A stretch of 64,000 bases of DNA from Candidatus Nanohaloarchaea archaeon (lineage in GTDB: Archaea; Nanohalarchaeota; Nanosalinia; Nanosalinales; Nanosalinaceae). Below are positions 45,793 to 53,943 of this stretch, piece by piece. The notes below the pieces were generated by a model. That model made no database searches. It saw nothing but the letters and a program-made list of their open reading frames with translations, and was not told the origin of the DNA. The position numbers were made by a program, and so were the translations under genes. The stretch lies in NCBI GenBank assembly GCA_041640035.1, contig JBEQBC010000002.1, forward strand, positions 105,580 through 169,579. Reading direction: 5' to 3'. Within the stretch, counting starts at the first letter, position 1. Each line of letters begins with the position of its first letter.

Positions 45793-46122
45793 TTATTCTT
45801 CACCTCTGTTCAGGACTTTGATGTCCTGACTGTCTGCTTTTTCAAGTATTTCTTGTTTTTTCCGTCCGCCGACATTTGAGCTGATTCTTGCTGCTTCTGT
45901 TTCCGGATCGATTTCTTCTAGATCCTTTGGTCGGTGGACAAGTGTTTCTTCGAGTCCTGAAGGATGTTTTCCTCTGTCTTCGGTTGCTGTTCTTCTGCCG
46001 ACTTTCGGAACCTGTACTGCTCCTTTCTTTTCAAGTCGGGCTCTTGAGTGCTTTCCTCGAGGTCTTCTCCAGGATGTGTTCTTCAGTTTGCTCTTCTTGT
46101 GTTTATCTTCTCTCTGTGTCAT
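45793..46122 (-). CDS. rpl32e: Ribosomal protein eL32
   Basis: WRRPRGKHSRARLEKKG...VGRRTATEDRGKHPSGLEE.LVHRPKDLE. Confidence 0.9.
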   Translation of the reverse strand: MTQREDKHKKSKLKNTSWRRPRGKHSRARLEKKGAVQVPKVGRRTATEDRGKHPSGLEETLVHRPKDLEEIDPETEAARISSNVGGRKKQEILEKADSQDIKVLNRGEE

Positions 46123-46670
46123 TATTGACCATCCTCCGCGTTGGTGATGTAGATTCCGTCTTGGAATGTTCGTGGGTCACGGTTTCCTTTTTGGGAGAGC
46201 TGTTCGATCCGTGCTGCTGTTTGGCTTGCTGCTTCTTTGTCTGGACTGGTTACTGTGATTTCATCGCCGTCAACCTGTACACTGGCGTTGTCCATGATGT
46301 CTGCTTCTCTTGGTTTTCTTTCTCCCATGAAGTTCTCTACCAGCACTTTGTCTCCTTCCTGTTTGATTGTCATCGGGAAGTGGGCGTAGACCGCCTTTAG
46401 TTCGTATGTGTGCGGATTCTCGAGGCCTTCGATCATGTTGTTTACATGGCTTCTGAAGGCGTTGACTATGCTCTTTACATCTTTCTTGTGTGAGTCTGTG
46501 CTGATTGTTACTTCGTCGCTACCTACTTCTACTGTTACTAGTGCGTGTTCCAGTTCTTTCTGTGCTTCTGTACCGTTCTGGCTGACTGTGAGTACGCCGT
46601 CCTGGTATTCTGCTTCGACTTCTTCTGGTAGTTCTACTGTTTCTTTCATTGTTGGATCACTAGTAGACAT
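46122..46670 (-). CDS. rpl6: Ribosomal protein uL6
   Basis: VELPEEVEAEYQDGVLTVSQNG...AVYAHFPMTIKQEGDKVLVENFMGERKPR. Confidence 0.95.
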   Translation of the reverse strand: MSTSDPTMKETVELPEEVEAEYQDGVLTVSQNGTEAQKELEHALVTVEVGSDEVTISTDSHKKDVKSIVNAFRSHVNNMIEGLENPHTYELKAVYAHFPMTIKQEGDKVLVENFMGERKPREADIMDNASVQVDGDEITVTSPDKEAASQTAARIEQLSQKGNRDPRTFQDGIYITNAEDGQ

Positions 46671-47061
46671 ATCCGAGGAGTTTTCCGCCGTGATTGTCCT
46701 CGATTGCTTCTTCGTGGGTTTTGATGCCTTTCGGCGTGGTGACGATCAGGTGTCCGAAGTTTCGGGCTGGTAGGTATCTCTTTGCCCATTTGTCGAATTC
46801 GTCTACCTGTGTTGGGAAGTTTGGTTTGATCGGTCGGCACTGGTTCAGGTTGTTTGTTACTTCTACTCTGAATCGGTCTCCCTGTCCGTCCTCGATCAGT
46901 TCGAATACGCCGATGTAGTCCAGTCTCTGTAGCTGGATGAGTACCTGCTTGATTGTCTCTGTTGCAGGTTCAATCTCTGCGTATTCACGGTTTTGCTGTA
47001 CTGCGTTATTGATTGCGGATAGTGCGTCGCTGAGTGGATCTTGCTTCATCTTTTTGGTCAC
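46660..47061 (-). CDS. rps8: Ribosomal protein uS8
   Basis: DPLSDALSAINNAVQQNREYAEIEPATETIKQVLIQLQRLDYI. Confidence 0.95.
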   Translation of the reverse strand: MTKKMKQDPLSDALSAINNAVQQNREYAEIEPATETIKQVLIQLQRLDYIGVFELIEDGQGDRFRVEVTNNLNQCRPIKPNFPTQVDEFDKWAKRYLPARNFGHLIVTTPKGIKTHEEAIEDNHGGKLLGYVY

Positions 47062-47286
47062 CTACTTGAGCTGTTCAAATCCTAGGTCTTCTGCGATTTC
47101 ACGGAAGCACTGTCTGCAGTAGTCAAGTCCGTATTTTGAGATGACTCCTCTGCCTGTTCTTCCGCATCTTCTGCATTCTTTCTTTGATTTTCCGAAGTCT
47201 TTTTCTTTAGGTGTGTTGTGTTTCTCGAACTTCCGTCTCTTTCCGTCTTTGTGGCTGATCTGGTCGAGTATTTCTTCGTATCCCAT
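47062..47286 (-). CDS. rps14: Ribosomal protein uS14 (zinc-ribbon type)
   Basis: [26 protein letters not shown]. Confidence 0.9.
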   Translation of the reverse strand: MGYEEILDQISHKDGKRRKFEKHNTPKEKDFGKSKKECRRCGRTGRGVISKYGLDYCRQCFREIAEDLGFEQLK

Positions 47287-47795
47287 TATTGTACCACCTC
47301 TGCTCCGAGTTCTTCTTCGACGAACTCCTGAGCGTCTTCACGGTCTACTTTGTGGTCTTTTCCTAGTTCTCTTGGCTTGTGGTCTCTTTTCTTGGTTCTG
47401 TAGCCAGGTCTTTCGAGTTTGACATTTACTTCGAAACCTTTCATGCCGATGTCTGCGTCGTAGTCCATTCCTGGTACATCGATGTATTCGGATACTCCGA
47501 ATCCGAAGTTTCCGTTGTCATCGAAGCTTCGAGCTGAGATTTCGTTGTTTACTGCTGGAAGGATTTTTTCTAGGAATTCTCTTGCTTCTTCTCCTCTAAG
47601 TGTTACTTTGGCTCCTATGTTGAGGCCTTCTCTTAGTCCGAATGTCTTACTTGTCTCTCCGGATTCTGTTCTTACTGGTTCTCTTCCTGTCAGTTTTTCG
47701 ATCAGGTCGTATGCTTTTTCTACTCCGTCGCCGACCTGTCCTTCTGCGATGTTAACTGTTACTTTTTCGATATGTACTTGCTTCATCTCGTTCAT
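47286..47795 (-). CDS. rpl5: Ribosomal protein uL5
   Basis: [16 protein letters not shown]...[43 protein letters not shown]. Confidence 0.95.
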   Translation of the reverse strand: MNEMKQVHIEKVTVNIAEGQVGDGVEKAYDLIEKLTGREPVRTESGETSKTFGLREGLNIGAKVTLRGEEAREFLEKILPAVNNEISARSFDDNGNFGFGVSEYIDVPGMDYDADIGMKGFEVNVKLERPGYRTKKRDHKPRELGKDHKVDREDAQEFVEEELGAEVVQ

Positions 47796-48448
47796 TGTGT
47801 GTCACCTAGGTCAAGTCCTGTTGTTGCTACAAGGTTTTCGAGTCGTGTGTCGAATTCTTCGCCGTTGCTTACTGTGGCTGTGTCTGGGTTGACTCCTTGC
47901 CGTGTGATTTCCTGTAGTTCGCCTGTTTTTCCGGCGTGTTTTCCGTCTGTTACCAGGACCTGTGCTCCTTCTTCTAGTACTACTTCTTCTCCGTCGTTCA
48001 GTCGGAGTGTGTTTCCTGCGTCGTATTCTTCGTCTGTCTGGTAGTTTTCTCCGTTGTGAAGATGGTAGACATATTCTCCTCCTTCGTCTTTCTTGCCTGT
48101 GATCTTTGCGATCACTTCGTCACTGTCTGTCTCCTGGAACTCTAGGTCGTTTTTCTTCTTGACTACCCGGAATTTTTCTTCTGCGTCAGGTAGTTCGATC
48201 AGGTCCAGGTTGCCTACTCCTTCACGGATATCTCCTACTGGTTCGTTGTTTCTTAGTAGCTGTCCGTTTCGGATGATTTCTTTTGCTTCTTTCTTGTTTT
48301 CTGCGTAGTTTGTTACATCTCTGAGGAATACCAGTGCCGGGATGGCGTCGGTATTCTCTCTTGAACCCGTGATGGTTGTGATGTAGGTCTGATCCTTTCT
48401 CTGGATCGGGTAGTGTCGTGGTGCGGAAAGTCTTTTCTGATGTGTCAT
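47792..48448 (-). CDS. rps4e: Ribosomal protein eS4
   Basis: MTHQKRLSAPRHYPIQRKDQTYITTITGSRENTDAIPALVFLRDV. Confidence 0.95.
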   Translation of the reverse strand: MTHQKRLSAPRHYPIQRKDQTYITTITGSRENTDAIPALVFLRDVTNYAENKKEAKEIIRNGQLLRNNEPVGDIREGVGNLDLIELPDAEEKFRVVKKKNDLEFQETDSDEVIAKITGKKDEGGEYVYHLHNGENYQTDEEYDAGNTLRLNDGEEVVLEEGAQVLVTDGKHAGKTGELQEITRQGVNPDTATVSNGEEFDTRLENLVATTGLDLGDTQ

Positions 48449-48451
48449 ATT

Positions 48452-49150
48452 TTACTTCTCCTCCTTGTTTTCTTCGTCTTCTTCAGTTTCTTCGGATTTT
48501 TCAAGTTCCTCTTCCATTTCCTCGATTTCTTCGTCGATCTCTTCATCGAGGTCCTCATCTTCTTCTGTCTCTTCTTCTGCTTCTTCCTGCATCTGTTCGA
48601 GTTGTTCCTCATCGATCTCTTCTTCAAGTTCTTCGAGTTCTTCTTCGTCCATGTCCTGCATCTGCTGTGCTGCCTGCATCTGCTTCATCATTTCATCTTC
48701 TTCCTCTGCTGCTTCGAGAACTTCTTCGACTTCTTCTTCGTCTACTTCGATGCTTGCGATGTCTGCTTCTTCGTATCTTTCGATTCGTTTTTCGTCTTCG
48801 ATGCTTAGTGCTACTACTTGAAGGTTGGATGGTGCGAACGGTACATGTATTTCTGTTCCGTCCTGACGGTTCTTGGATAGGCCGTCGATGTATACTTTCT
48901 GTTCTTCTCTGTCGATGTTTCTGATTATTCCTTTGCTTCCTTCGAATTCTCCGGTCATGACCTGTACTCGGTCTCCTCTTCGGAGTGGAAGTGTTTTGGT
49001 TTCCAGTTCGTCTCTGATTTCGTCGCTGAGTCTTGCTGAGAGAAGCTTGTCTTTTACATGTTTTGGAGCGTTTCTACGGTATTTTCTCTGTTTGGAAGGG
49101 TTTTTGCTTCCTTTCCATTCTCGGCTCCAGTTCTGTGTTTTCTGTGTCAT
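48452..49150 (-). CDS. rpl24: Ribosomal protein uL24 with a ~105-aa poly-acidic C-terminal extension
   Basis: The core is SKQRKYRRNAPKHVKDKLLSARLS...LRRGDRVQVMTGEFEGSKGIIRNIDREEQKVYIDG. It is followed by IEVDEEEVEEVLEAAEEEDEMM...EEEIDEEQLEQMQEEAEEETEEDEDLDEEIDEEIEEMEEELEKSEETEEDEENKEEK. Confidence 0.9.
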   Translation of the reverse strand: MTQKTQNWSREWKGSKNPSKQRKYRRNAPKHVKDKLLSARLSDEIRDELETKTLPLRRGDRVQVMTGEFEGSKGIIRNIDREEQKVYIDGLSKNRQDGTEIHVPFAPSNLQVVALSIEDEKRIERYEEADIASIEVDEEEVEEVLEAAEEEDEMMKQMQAAQQMQDMDEEELEELEEEIDEEQLEQMQEEAEEETEEDEDLDEEIDEEIEEMEEELEKSEETEEDEENKEEK

Positions 49151-49164
49151 TATCTAGTTTACCT

Positions 49165-49566
49165 CTATACTACCTGTGATGCGATTTTTCCGACTGAGCT
49201 GTATCTCTGTACTACTTCTTTTGCGATCGGGCCTCGTGTTACTGATCCTTTTGGCATTCCTGTCTGTTCTTCTACTAGTACAGCTGCGTTGTCTTCGAAT
49301 TTTACTCGGAGTCCGTTTGGTCTTTGGAATTCTTTTGCCTGTCTTACGATTACTGCGTCGTATACCTGGTGTTTGACTTCCTGGTCTCCTTTCAGGATTT
49401 TGACTTTGACTGTGTCGCCGATTCCTGCGCTGTTTCGTCGGCTTCTTCGTCCCTGTCTATGTTTTACTCCGATTATCTTCAGTTTTTTAGCTCCGCTGTT
49501 GTCGGCGCATGTTAGTTCTGCTCCGATGTCCAGTCCTCTTGTGATGTTGGATCCTACTGGCTTCAT
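49165..49566 (-). CDS. rpl14: Ribosomal protein uL14
   Basis: ITRGLDIGAELTCADNSGAKKLKIIGV...VIVRQAKEFQRPNGLRVKFEDNAAVL. Confidence 0.95.
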   Translation of the reverse strand: MKPVGSNITRGLDIGAELTCADNSGAKKLKIIGVKHRQGRRSRRNSAGIGDTVKVKILKGDQEVKHQVYDAVIVRQAKEFQRPNGLRVKFEDNAAVLVEEQTGMPKGSVTRGPIAKEVVQRYSSVGKIASQVV

Positions 49567-49913
49567 TGTTCTTCAGCCTCTTCGTCGTCTACTTTTTCGA
49601 TTATGATGTGGCTTTTTGTCTTGGAGATTGGTCGTGTTTCGCCGACTCTAACTGTTTCTCCTTCTTCTACCTCCATGTCCTCTGGTACATGGACGGTTAT
49701 TTTTGTGTTTCTTCTTTCTTTTCTCTCGTATTTCGGTACATTTTCTGCGTATTCCCATCTGACGGTCGCTGATTTCTCCATTTTGTTGGATACTACTGTT
49801 CCTGTGAACTGTCCGCCGCTTACTGGGTATTCTGTTTCGGTATTGGTTGTCAAAGCTGTTTTGTCACCTTTTGTGGTTGTCTTCTCGTTGTTTTGATGGA
49901 AGGGAGTAATCAA
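49563..49913 (-). CDS. rps17: Ribosomal protein uS17 (TTG start, N-terminus uncertain)
   Basis: GTVVSNKMEKSATVRWEYAENVPKYERKERRNTKITVHVPE...VRVGETRPISKTKSHIII. An in-frame TAA lies 4 codons upstream of the TTG, so no ATG start is possible upstream of Met45. Confidence 0.85.
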   Translation of the reverse strand: MITPFHQNNEKTTTKGDKTALTTNTETEYPVSGGQFTGTVVSNKMEKSATVRWEYAENVPKYERKERRNTKITVHVPEDMEVEEGETVRVGETRPISKTKSHIIIEKVDDEEAEEQ

Positions 49914-50110
49914 GTTCTTGGTTTATCTGGTTCTGCCTGACTACAGTGATTTCCAGTTAGAATCTGTCAAAGAGTAATATGCAGTACCTCACCTTAACTG
50001 AGGTGTTCGAGCAGGGATTTTGACAGACCTAACCGAAAGTATCGAACACTTAATGTGTCCGAGTTTCGTCAGGGAAAACCGGGTAAACTGTGTTTCCCTT
50101 CTCAGGTCGT
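49914..50110 (-). promoter_or_regulatory. Structured ~190-nt RNA: long 5' leader of the rps17-to-secY transcription unit, or an independent small RNA
   Basis: Non-coding gap in an otherwise contiguous operon. It contains a 17-bp bulged helix (49954-49971 with 50019-50035) enclosing the hairpin 49986-50004, plus hairpins at 50043-61 and 50072-98. Four pairs are G-U only on the minus strand. Confidence 0.45.
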
Positions 50111-50122
50111 GAAGTTAAAGTG

Positions 50123-50144
50123 GAAAGTAAACTTTAAAAGGGTG
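50123..50144 (-). promoter_or_regulatory. Candidate archaeal promoter (TATA box TTTTAAAG) for the rps17 unit
   Basis: The minus strand reads CACCCTTTTAAAGTTTACTTTC directly after the rnp1 stop. This is nearly the same element as upstream of rpl3 (55843-55867). Confidence 0.45.
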
Positions 50145-50151
50145 GTTTTGG

Positions 50152-50397
50152 TTAGATCCTATCCTCAGGTCGTTCCAGTATATCCGTACCTTCGACCTCA
50201 ACCATGTTATCCTGTACATGTATTATGAATTTGCGGCCTTTCTTCGGAACCTTCTTCCCATCAATATTCAGAGTGTTCTGCGTTTCGTCAAGTATCTCAC
50301 CTGAGATATCTTCCTGTGAGTCATCTGGTGAAGACTTTACCTCTGCCTGGAGGCCTATTAGTTCGTGACGAAAAATGTTTTCAGAGGTTCTTGGCAT
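50152..50397 (-). CDS. rnp1: RNase P protein component 1 (Rpp29/Pop4)
   Basis: FRHELIGLQAEVKSSPDDSQEDISGEILDETQNTLNIDGKKVPKKGRKF. Conserved position between L29/SUI1 and S17. Confidence 0.8.
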   Translation of the reverse strand: MPRTSENIFRHELIGLQAEVKSSPDDSQEDISGEILDETQNTLNIDGKKVPKKGRKFIIHVQDNMVEVEGTDILERPEDRI

Positions 50398-50456
50398 GGT
50401 AGAACAGGTATTGAAAGGAGAGAAAATGTGGGAAAAAAGTTGTTAGAGAGGTTTGA

Positions 50457-50762
50457 TCACTTGATCTCGATCTGTGATCGGTCGAAGCCTTGGTCTACAA
50501 GGACATCTTCTATCCTTCTTTTGTGGTTTCCTTGTAGCTCTATCTTGCCGTCTTTGGCTGTTCCGCCGCAGGCAAGCTTTGTTTTGAGCTTGGAGGATAG
50601 GTCGCCAAGGTCGACTGAATCGTCGATTCCCTCGATTACTGTGACTTCCTTGTTGTAGCTTCTTGTGTCGATTTTGACAGTTATTTTCTGTTCATCTTTT
50701 GCGATGTCGCCGCAGACACAAAGGTCCTGTGGCATTCCGCATTTTGGACAAGTCTCGGACAT
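50457..50762 (-). CDS. sui1: Translation initiation factor aSUI1 (eIF1 homologue)
   Basis: [14 protein letters not shown] zinc knuckle, then [57 protein letters not shown]. Confidence 0.9.
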   Translation of the reverse strand: MSETCPKCGMPQDLCVCGDIAKDEQKITVKIDTRSYNKEVTVIEGIDDSVDLGDLSSKLKTKLACGGTAKDGKIELQGNHKRRIEDVLVDQGFDRSQIEIK

Positions 50763-50806
50763 TTTAAGTATAATTTATAATGGAGAAAAGAACTTGTTAA
50801 AAGGTT

Positions 50807-51004
50807 TTATTCTTCCTCGTTGAGGACTGTTTTGATCCGGGCGATGGTTCTCTTCATTTCCTTAATCCGTCCAGGGTTTTCGGAGAATCCTCCTACTTCG
50901 ATCTGTCCTCGTTCTTCAACGAGTTCTTTCTTCAGATCTGTCATTTCCTGTTTGAGTTCGTCTTTGCTCATGTCCCGGATTTCTTCTGTTCTTAGGATTG
51001 CCAT
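50807..51004 (-). CDS. rpl29: Ribosomal protein uL29
   Basis: ILRTEEIRDMSKDELKQEMTDLKKELVEERGQ...RIKEMKRTIARIKTVLNE. Confidence 0.9.
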   Translation of the reverse strand: MAILRTEEIRDMSKDELKQEMTDLKKELVEERGQIEVGGFSENPGRIKEMKRTIARIKTVLNEEE

Positions 51005-51016
51005 TTTTTATCGCCT

Positions 51017-52108
51017 CTATTTGCGGTTCCTCAACCATTCTAGAAGTGTTTTTCTGCTTTTTCCGCTTTCCTCAGCTTCGATCAGTTCGTCGACTGGCAC
51101 TTCTTCAAGCTCTTCTTCTAGTTCTCTTACTTCTTCCTTTGCTTCCTTTACTGTGTTGGAAACGATTTCGTCGTGCTCGATTTCTTCAAGAGCTTCTTGA
51201 GCCTCTTCGATAGCTTCTTCAGCCTCTACTGCCTCCTCTTTGGCTTCTTCCAGTTCTTCTTCAGCTTCTTCGACTGCTTCCTCTACTTCTTCCTCAATGT
51301 CTTCGTCTTCTTCTGTTAGTTCGTCTGGCTGGTTCTCGAATGCGTCTCTAATCTCTGATTTTTCGACACTGGATGTATCTACATCTTCTTCGAGATCCTC
51401 CATAGCTCTTTCGAGCTCTGCTGAGGTCATGTTATCTGCTTCCTGGATGATCTTGTCGATGAGCTCTGGCTTCTCTGCTTCGTCAGCTGTTTCTCCTTCT
51501 GACTGGTGAAGGATTTCCTTGCTTACATCGACATCTCTGTGCTTGAATTCTGGCAGTTCCTTCATGATCCGGACTTTTACGCCGATTGCTCCCGGCTTGG
51601 TTCTTGCAAGCTGGTATGCCTTTTCGACATTGTCCTTGGATGTGTTTCCGCATCTCTTTACATATCCGAATGAGAATTTCTCTGTTCTTCCTCGGTTACC
51701 AGATAGCTTTCCTGCAATCTCTACTTCTGCTCCGATTACTCCTGCTTCCTTCATTCTTCGGATGTATGTGTATCCGACTCTTTTGGCGTGTCCTCCTTTT
51801 TCTAGCCAGGAGGCGATGCTTTTTGCTACGATTTCTGCGTCGGAGTCAGGGTTCTCGATTTCGTTGACCTCGATCTGAGGGTTCTCGAAATCGAATTCTT
51901 TCTCCATTTTCTCTGTAAGTTCCTGTATTCTTGATCCACCGCGTCCGATAACGAGTCCTGGACGCTGTGCGTGTACTACTATTTTTGTTGAAGTAGGTGT
52001 TCTTACAAGTTCACTTTTACTGTATCCTGCGCCTTCGAGTTCTTCTTCTAGGAACTCGTCCAGCCTTACTTTCCTTGCTCCTTGTTGAATGAATTGTTTT
52101 TCTTGCAT
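51017..52108 (-). CDS. rps3: Ribosomal protein uS3 with a long acidic C-terminal extension
   Basis: KH-domain core (IVVHAQRPGLVIGRGGSRIQELTEKMEKEF...IAGKLSGNRGRTEKFSFG). It is followed by ~160 aa rich in E/D (…EEDEDIEEEVEEAVEEAEEELEEAKEEAVEAEEAIEEAQEALEE…). Confidence 0.95.
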   Translation of the reverse strand: MQEKQFIQQGARKVRLDEFLEEELEGAGYSKSELVRTPTSTKIVVHAQRPGLVIGRGGSRIQELTEKMEKEFDFENPQIEVNEIENPDSDAEIVAKSIASWLEKGGHAKRVGYTYIRRMKEAGVIGAEVEIAGKLSGNRGRTEKFSFGYVKRCGNTSKDNVEKAYQLARTKPGAIGVKVRIMKELPEFKHRDVDVSKEILHQSEGETADEAEKPELIDKIIQEADNMTSAELERAMEDLEEDVDTSSVEKSEIRDAFENQPDELTEEDEDIEEEVEEAVEEAEEELEEAKEEAVEAEEAIEEAQEALEEIEHDEIVSNTVKEAKEEVRELEEELEEVPVDELIEAEESGKSRKTLLEWLRNRK

Positions 52109-52122
52109 TAGTATAACCTCTT

Positions 52123-52533
52123 TTATTTCTCTCCTACCACGATTTCGACATGTGCTCTTTTGTTTGTTCCCTGATGTCTTCCAGGAGTTCTGAATTCTCT
52201 TCCCTGGTTAGTGATGAAGTCTTCAACATACAGGTTTGAAGGGTTTAGTCCTTCATGTTCTGCGTTGCTTTCAGCGCTTTCAAGCACTTCAAGAACATTC
52301 TTTGCGGCTTTTTCAGGGTATTTACCTGAGTCACCGTGTCCGCTTCTATGTCCTGCATCGCTGTCGAACTTGGTGTATGGGACTGCTAGGTCCTTCTCGA
52401 TTACCTTGTTCAGTTTTCTTTTCGCTTTCTCTACTGAGTCTCCTTTCAGGAAGCGACCGATTTCGGTGCAGTCCTTCCAGGAAACGGGCATGTTTTTGCC
52501 CTGTGCCTTTGCCTGGTGTGCTGTTGTTTCCAT
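52123..52533 (-). CDS. rpl22: Ribosomal protein uL22
   Basis: AKAQGKNMPVSWKDCTEIGRFLKGDSVEKAKRKLNKVIE...GKYPEKAAKNVLEVLESAESNAE. Confidence 0.95.
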   Translation of the reverse strand: METTAHQAKAQGKNMPVSWKDCTEIGRFLKGDSVEKAKRKLNKVIEKDLAVPYTKFDSDAGHRSGHGDSGKYPEKAAKNVLEVLESAESNAEHEGLNPSNLYVEDFITNQGREFRTPGRHQGTNKRAHVEIVVGEK

Positions 52534-52542
52534 TGTTGATCA

Positions 52543-52920
52543 CTACTTGAGCGGTACATGCTTGGAAGATCTTGTAGCTCCAAGTCCTGGTGCGCTGTGT
52601 GATACTTTCTTTCGGGTTTTGGATAGTTCTCCTAGGTAGTGGCCGATCATTTCTGCCTGGATTTCGACATCCAGGAATCCTTGGCCGTTGTATACCTTGA
52701 CTGTCTTGCCCACCATCTCTGGTAGTACAATCATGTTTCTCTCATGAGTTTTCGCTACATCGCTGTCTTCAAGTGTTTCCAGTAGCTTTTTCTCGTCTTC
52801 ATTCAGGCCACGGTTGAGCTTGCGTCGTCCTCGTGCATCGAGGAGTTCTGCGAACTCGTCGCGGCTCATCTCCTTGAGTTCATCAAGGCTTTTTCCTCTG
52901 TATTTGAAATCTTCTGACAT
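52543..52920 (-). CDS. rps19: Ribosomal protein uS19
   Basis: FKYRGKSLDELKEMS...MVGKTVKVYNGQGFLDVEIQAEMIGHYLGELSKTRK. Confidence 0.95.
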   Translation of the reverse strand: MSEDFKYRGKSLDELKEMSRDEFAELLDARGRRKLNRGLNEDEKKLLETLEDSDVAKTHERNMIVLPEMVGKTVKVYNGQGFLDVEIQAEMIGHYLGELSKTRKKVSHSAPGLGATRSSKHVPLK

Positions 52921-52941
52921 TATAGTATCACTCTAGTTGTT

Positions 52942-53643
52942 TTAGTCCTTGTTTTTACCGCTTCTTTTAGCGGCGATGTTTCCGACCTTTCTACCAGGCG
53001 ATTCATGCCGGGATACGGTTTTTGCTTTTCCAGGTTTTGCTGATCCACCGAATGGGTGGTCTACTGCGTTCATTGCAACACCGGAAACCTTTGGATACAG
53101 TTTGCCTTTCGCCTTCATGGAGTGATGCTTGTTTCCTGCTTTGACGAATGGCTTGTCCTTTCTTCCGCCTGCTGCTACCTTTCCAACTGTGGATCGGCAT
53201 TTCTTGGACAGTTTCTTGAAGCTGCCGCTTGGAAGCTGGATTCGTACGCCGTCTTCTTCATGTGTTACGACGAATGCGTATGTTCCACTGCTTCTAACTA
53301 GTTTCCCGCCTGCTCCAGGCTGTGTTTCGATATTATGTATTGGTACTCCTTCTGGGATTTCTGCCAGTGGGAGTGTGTTTCCTTCTTCGATTGATGCGCT
53401 TACACCTATTTCGATTTCATCTCCTACTGCAAGGTTCTCTGGTGCGAGGACATTTCTTGTTTCGCCGTCCTCGAACTCTACTTCTGCTACGGGAGCAGTC
53501 CTTGCTGGATCGTGCTGTATATCTGTGACTGTTCCTGTTGTTTCTGCGTTTTTCTGTTCTACGCTGCCTTTGCCTTTATGGCCGTTGGCTTTGTAGTTCG
53601 GAGATCCTTTTCCTCGTCGTTGTTGTCTTAGTGGACTTCCCAT
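52942..53643 (-). CDS. rpl2: Ribosomal protein uL2
   Basis: GSPLRQQRRGKGSPNYKA...GGKLVRSSGTYAFVV...GVAMNAVDHPFGG. Confidence 0.95.
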   Translation of the reverse strand: MGSPLRQQRRGKGSPNYKANGHKGKGSVEQKNAETTGTVTDIQHDPARTAPVAEVEFEDGETRNVLAPENLAVGDEIEIGVSASIEEGNTLPLAEIPEGVPIHNIETQPGAGGKLVRSSGTYAFVVTHEEDGVRIQLPSGSFKKLSKKCRSTVGKVAAGGRKDKPFVKAGNKHHSMKAKGKLYPKVSGVAMNAVDHPFGGSAKPGKAKTVSRHESPGRKVGNIAAKRSGKNKD

Positions 53644-53659
53644 AGTTGATTCACCTTGT

Positions 53660-53926
53660 TTACATCATACCTAACTGAGTTGCTACATCCATTGCATCGT
53701 CTGATTCGCTTAGTGTGACGAATGCCTTTTTCTTTGCCTGTGGAGTGATAGCGGTGTTTACTTTTTTAACCGTGACATCAAACAGTGTTTCGACTGCGTC
53801 TTCAACTTGAGGCTTGTCGGCCTCAAGATCGACGATCAGTACTAGTTGGTTCTGTTCTACCAGATCCATTGCTTTCTCTGTTAGATGTGGATTCTGAATT
53901 ATGTCCCATGCTCTTTCTTCCTGCAT
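53660..53926 (-). CDS. rpl23: Ribosomal protein uL23
   Basis: IIQNPHLTEKAMDLVEQNQLVLIVDLEADKPQVEDAVETLFDVTVKKVNT. Confidence 0.9.
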   Translation of the reverse strand: MQEERAWDIIQNPHLTEKAMDLVEQNQLVLIVDLEADKPQVEDAVETLFDVTVKKVNTAITPQAKKKAFVTLSESDDAMDVATQLGMM

Positions 53927-53943
53927 CGTGTGTTAAACCTCAT

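Noticed and set aside
48413-48924. F/L/S-rich ORFs (131, 168 and 118 aa) on the plus strand and a K/R-rich 60-aa ORF on the minus strand
   Set aside because: All lie within the GAA/GAG low-complexity tract that encodes the acidic tail of uL24. They are translations of the same repeat in other frames or on the other strand.
49914-50151. Idea that the rnp1-rps17 spacer is the RNase P RNA (because it sits next to the Rpp29 gene) or an H/ACA guide RNA
   Set aside because: I could not find the universally conserved CR-I GGAAAGUCC-type or CR-V ACAGAA.CCGGCUUA-type elements; only a weak ACAGUUUACCCGG resemblance is present. At ~190 nt it is also shorter than typical archaeal RNase P RNAs. For an H/ACA RNA there is no ACA box at the required distance 3' of the lower stem, and the pocket strands (14 nt each) are too long. 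The element is kept as an unassigned structured RNA.
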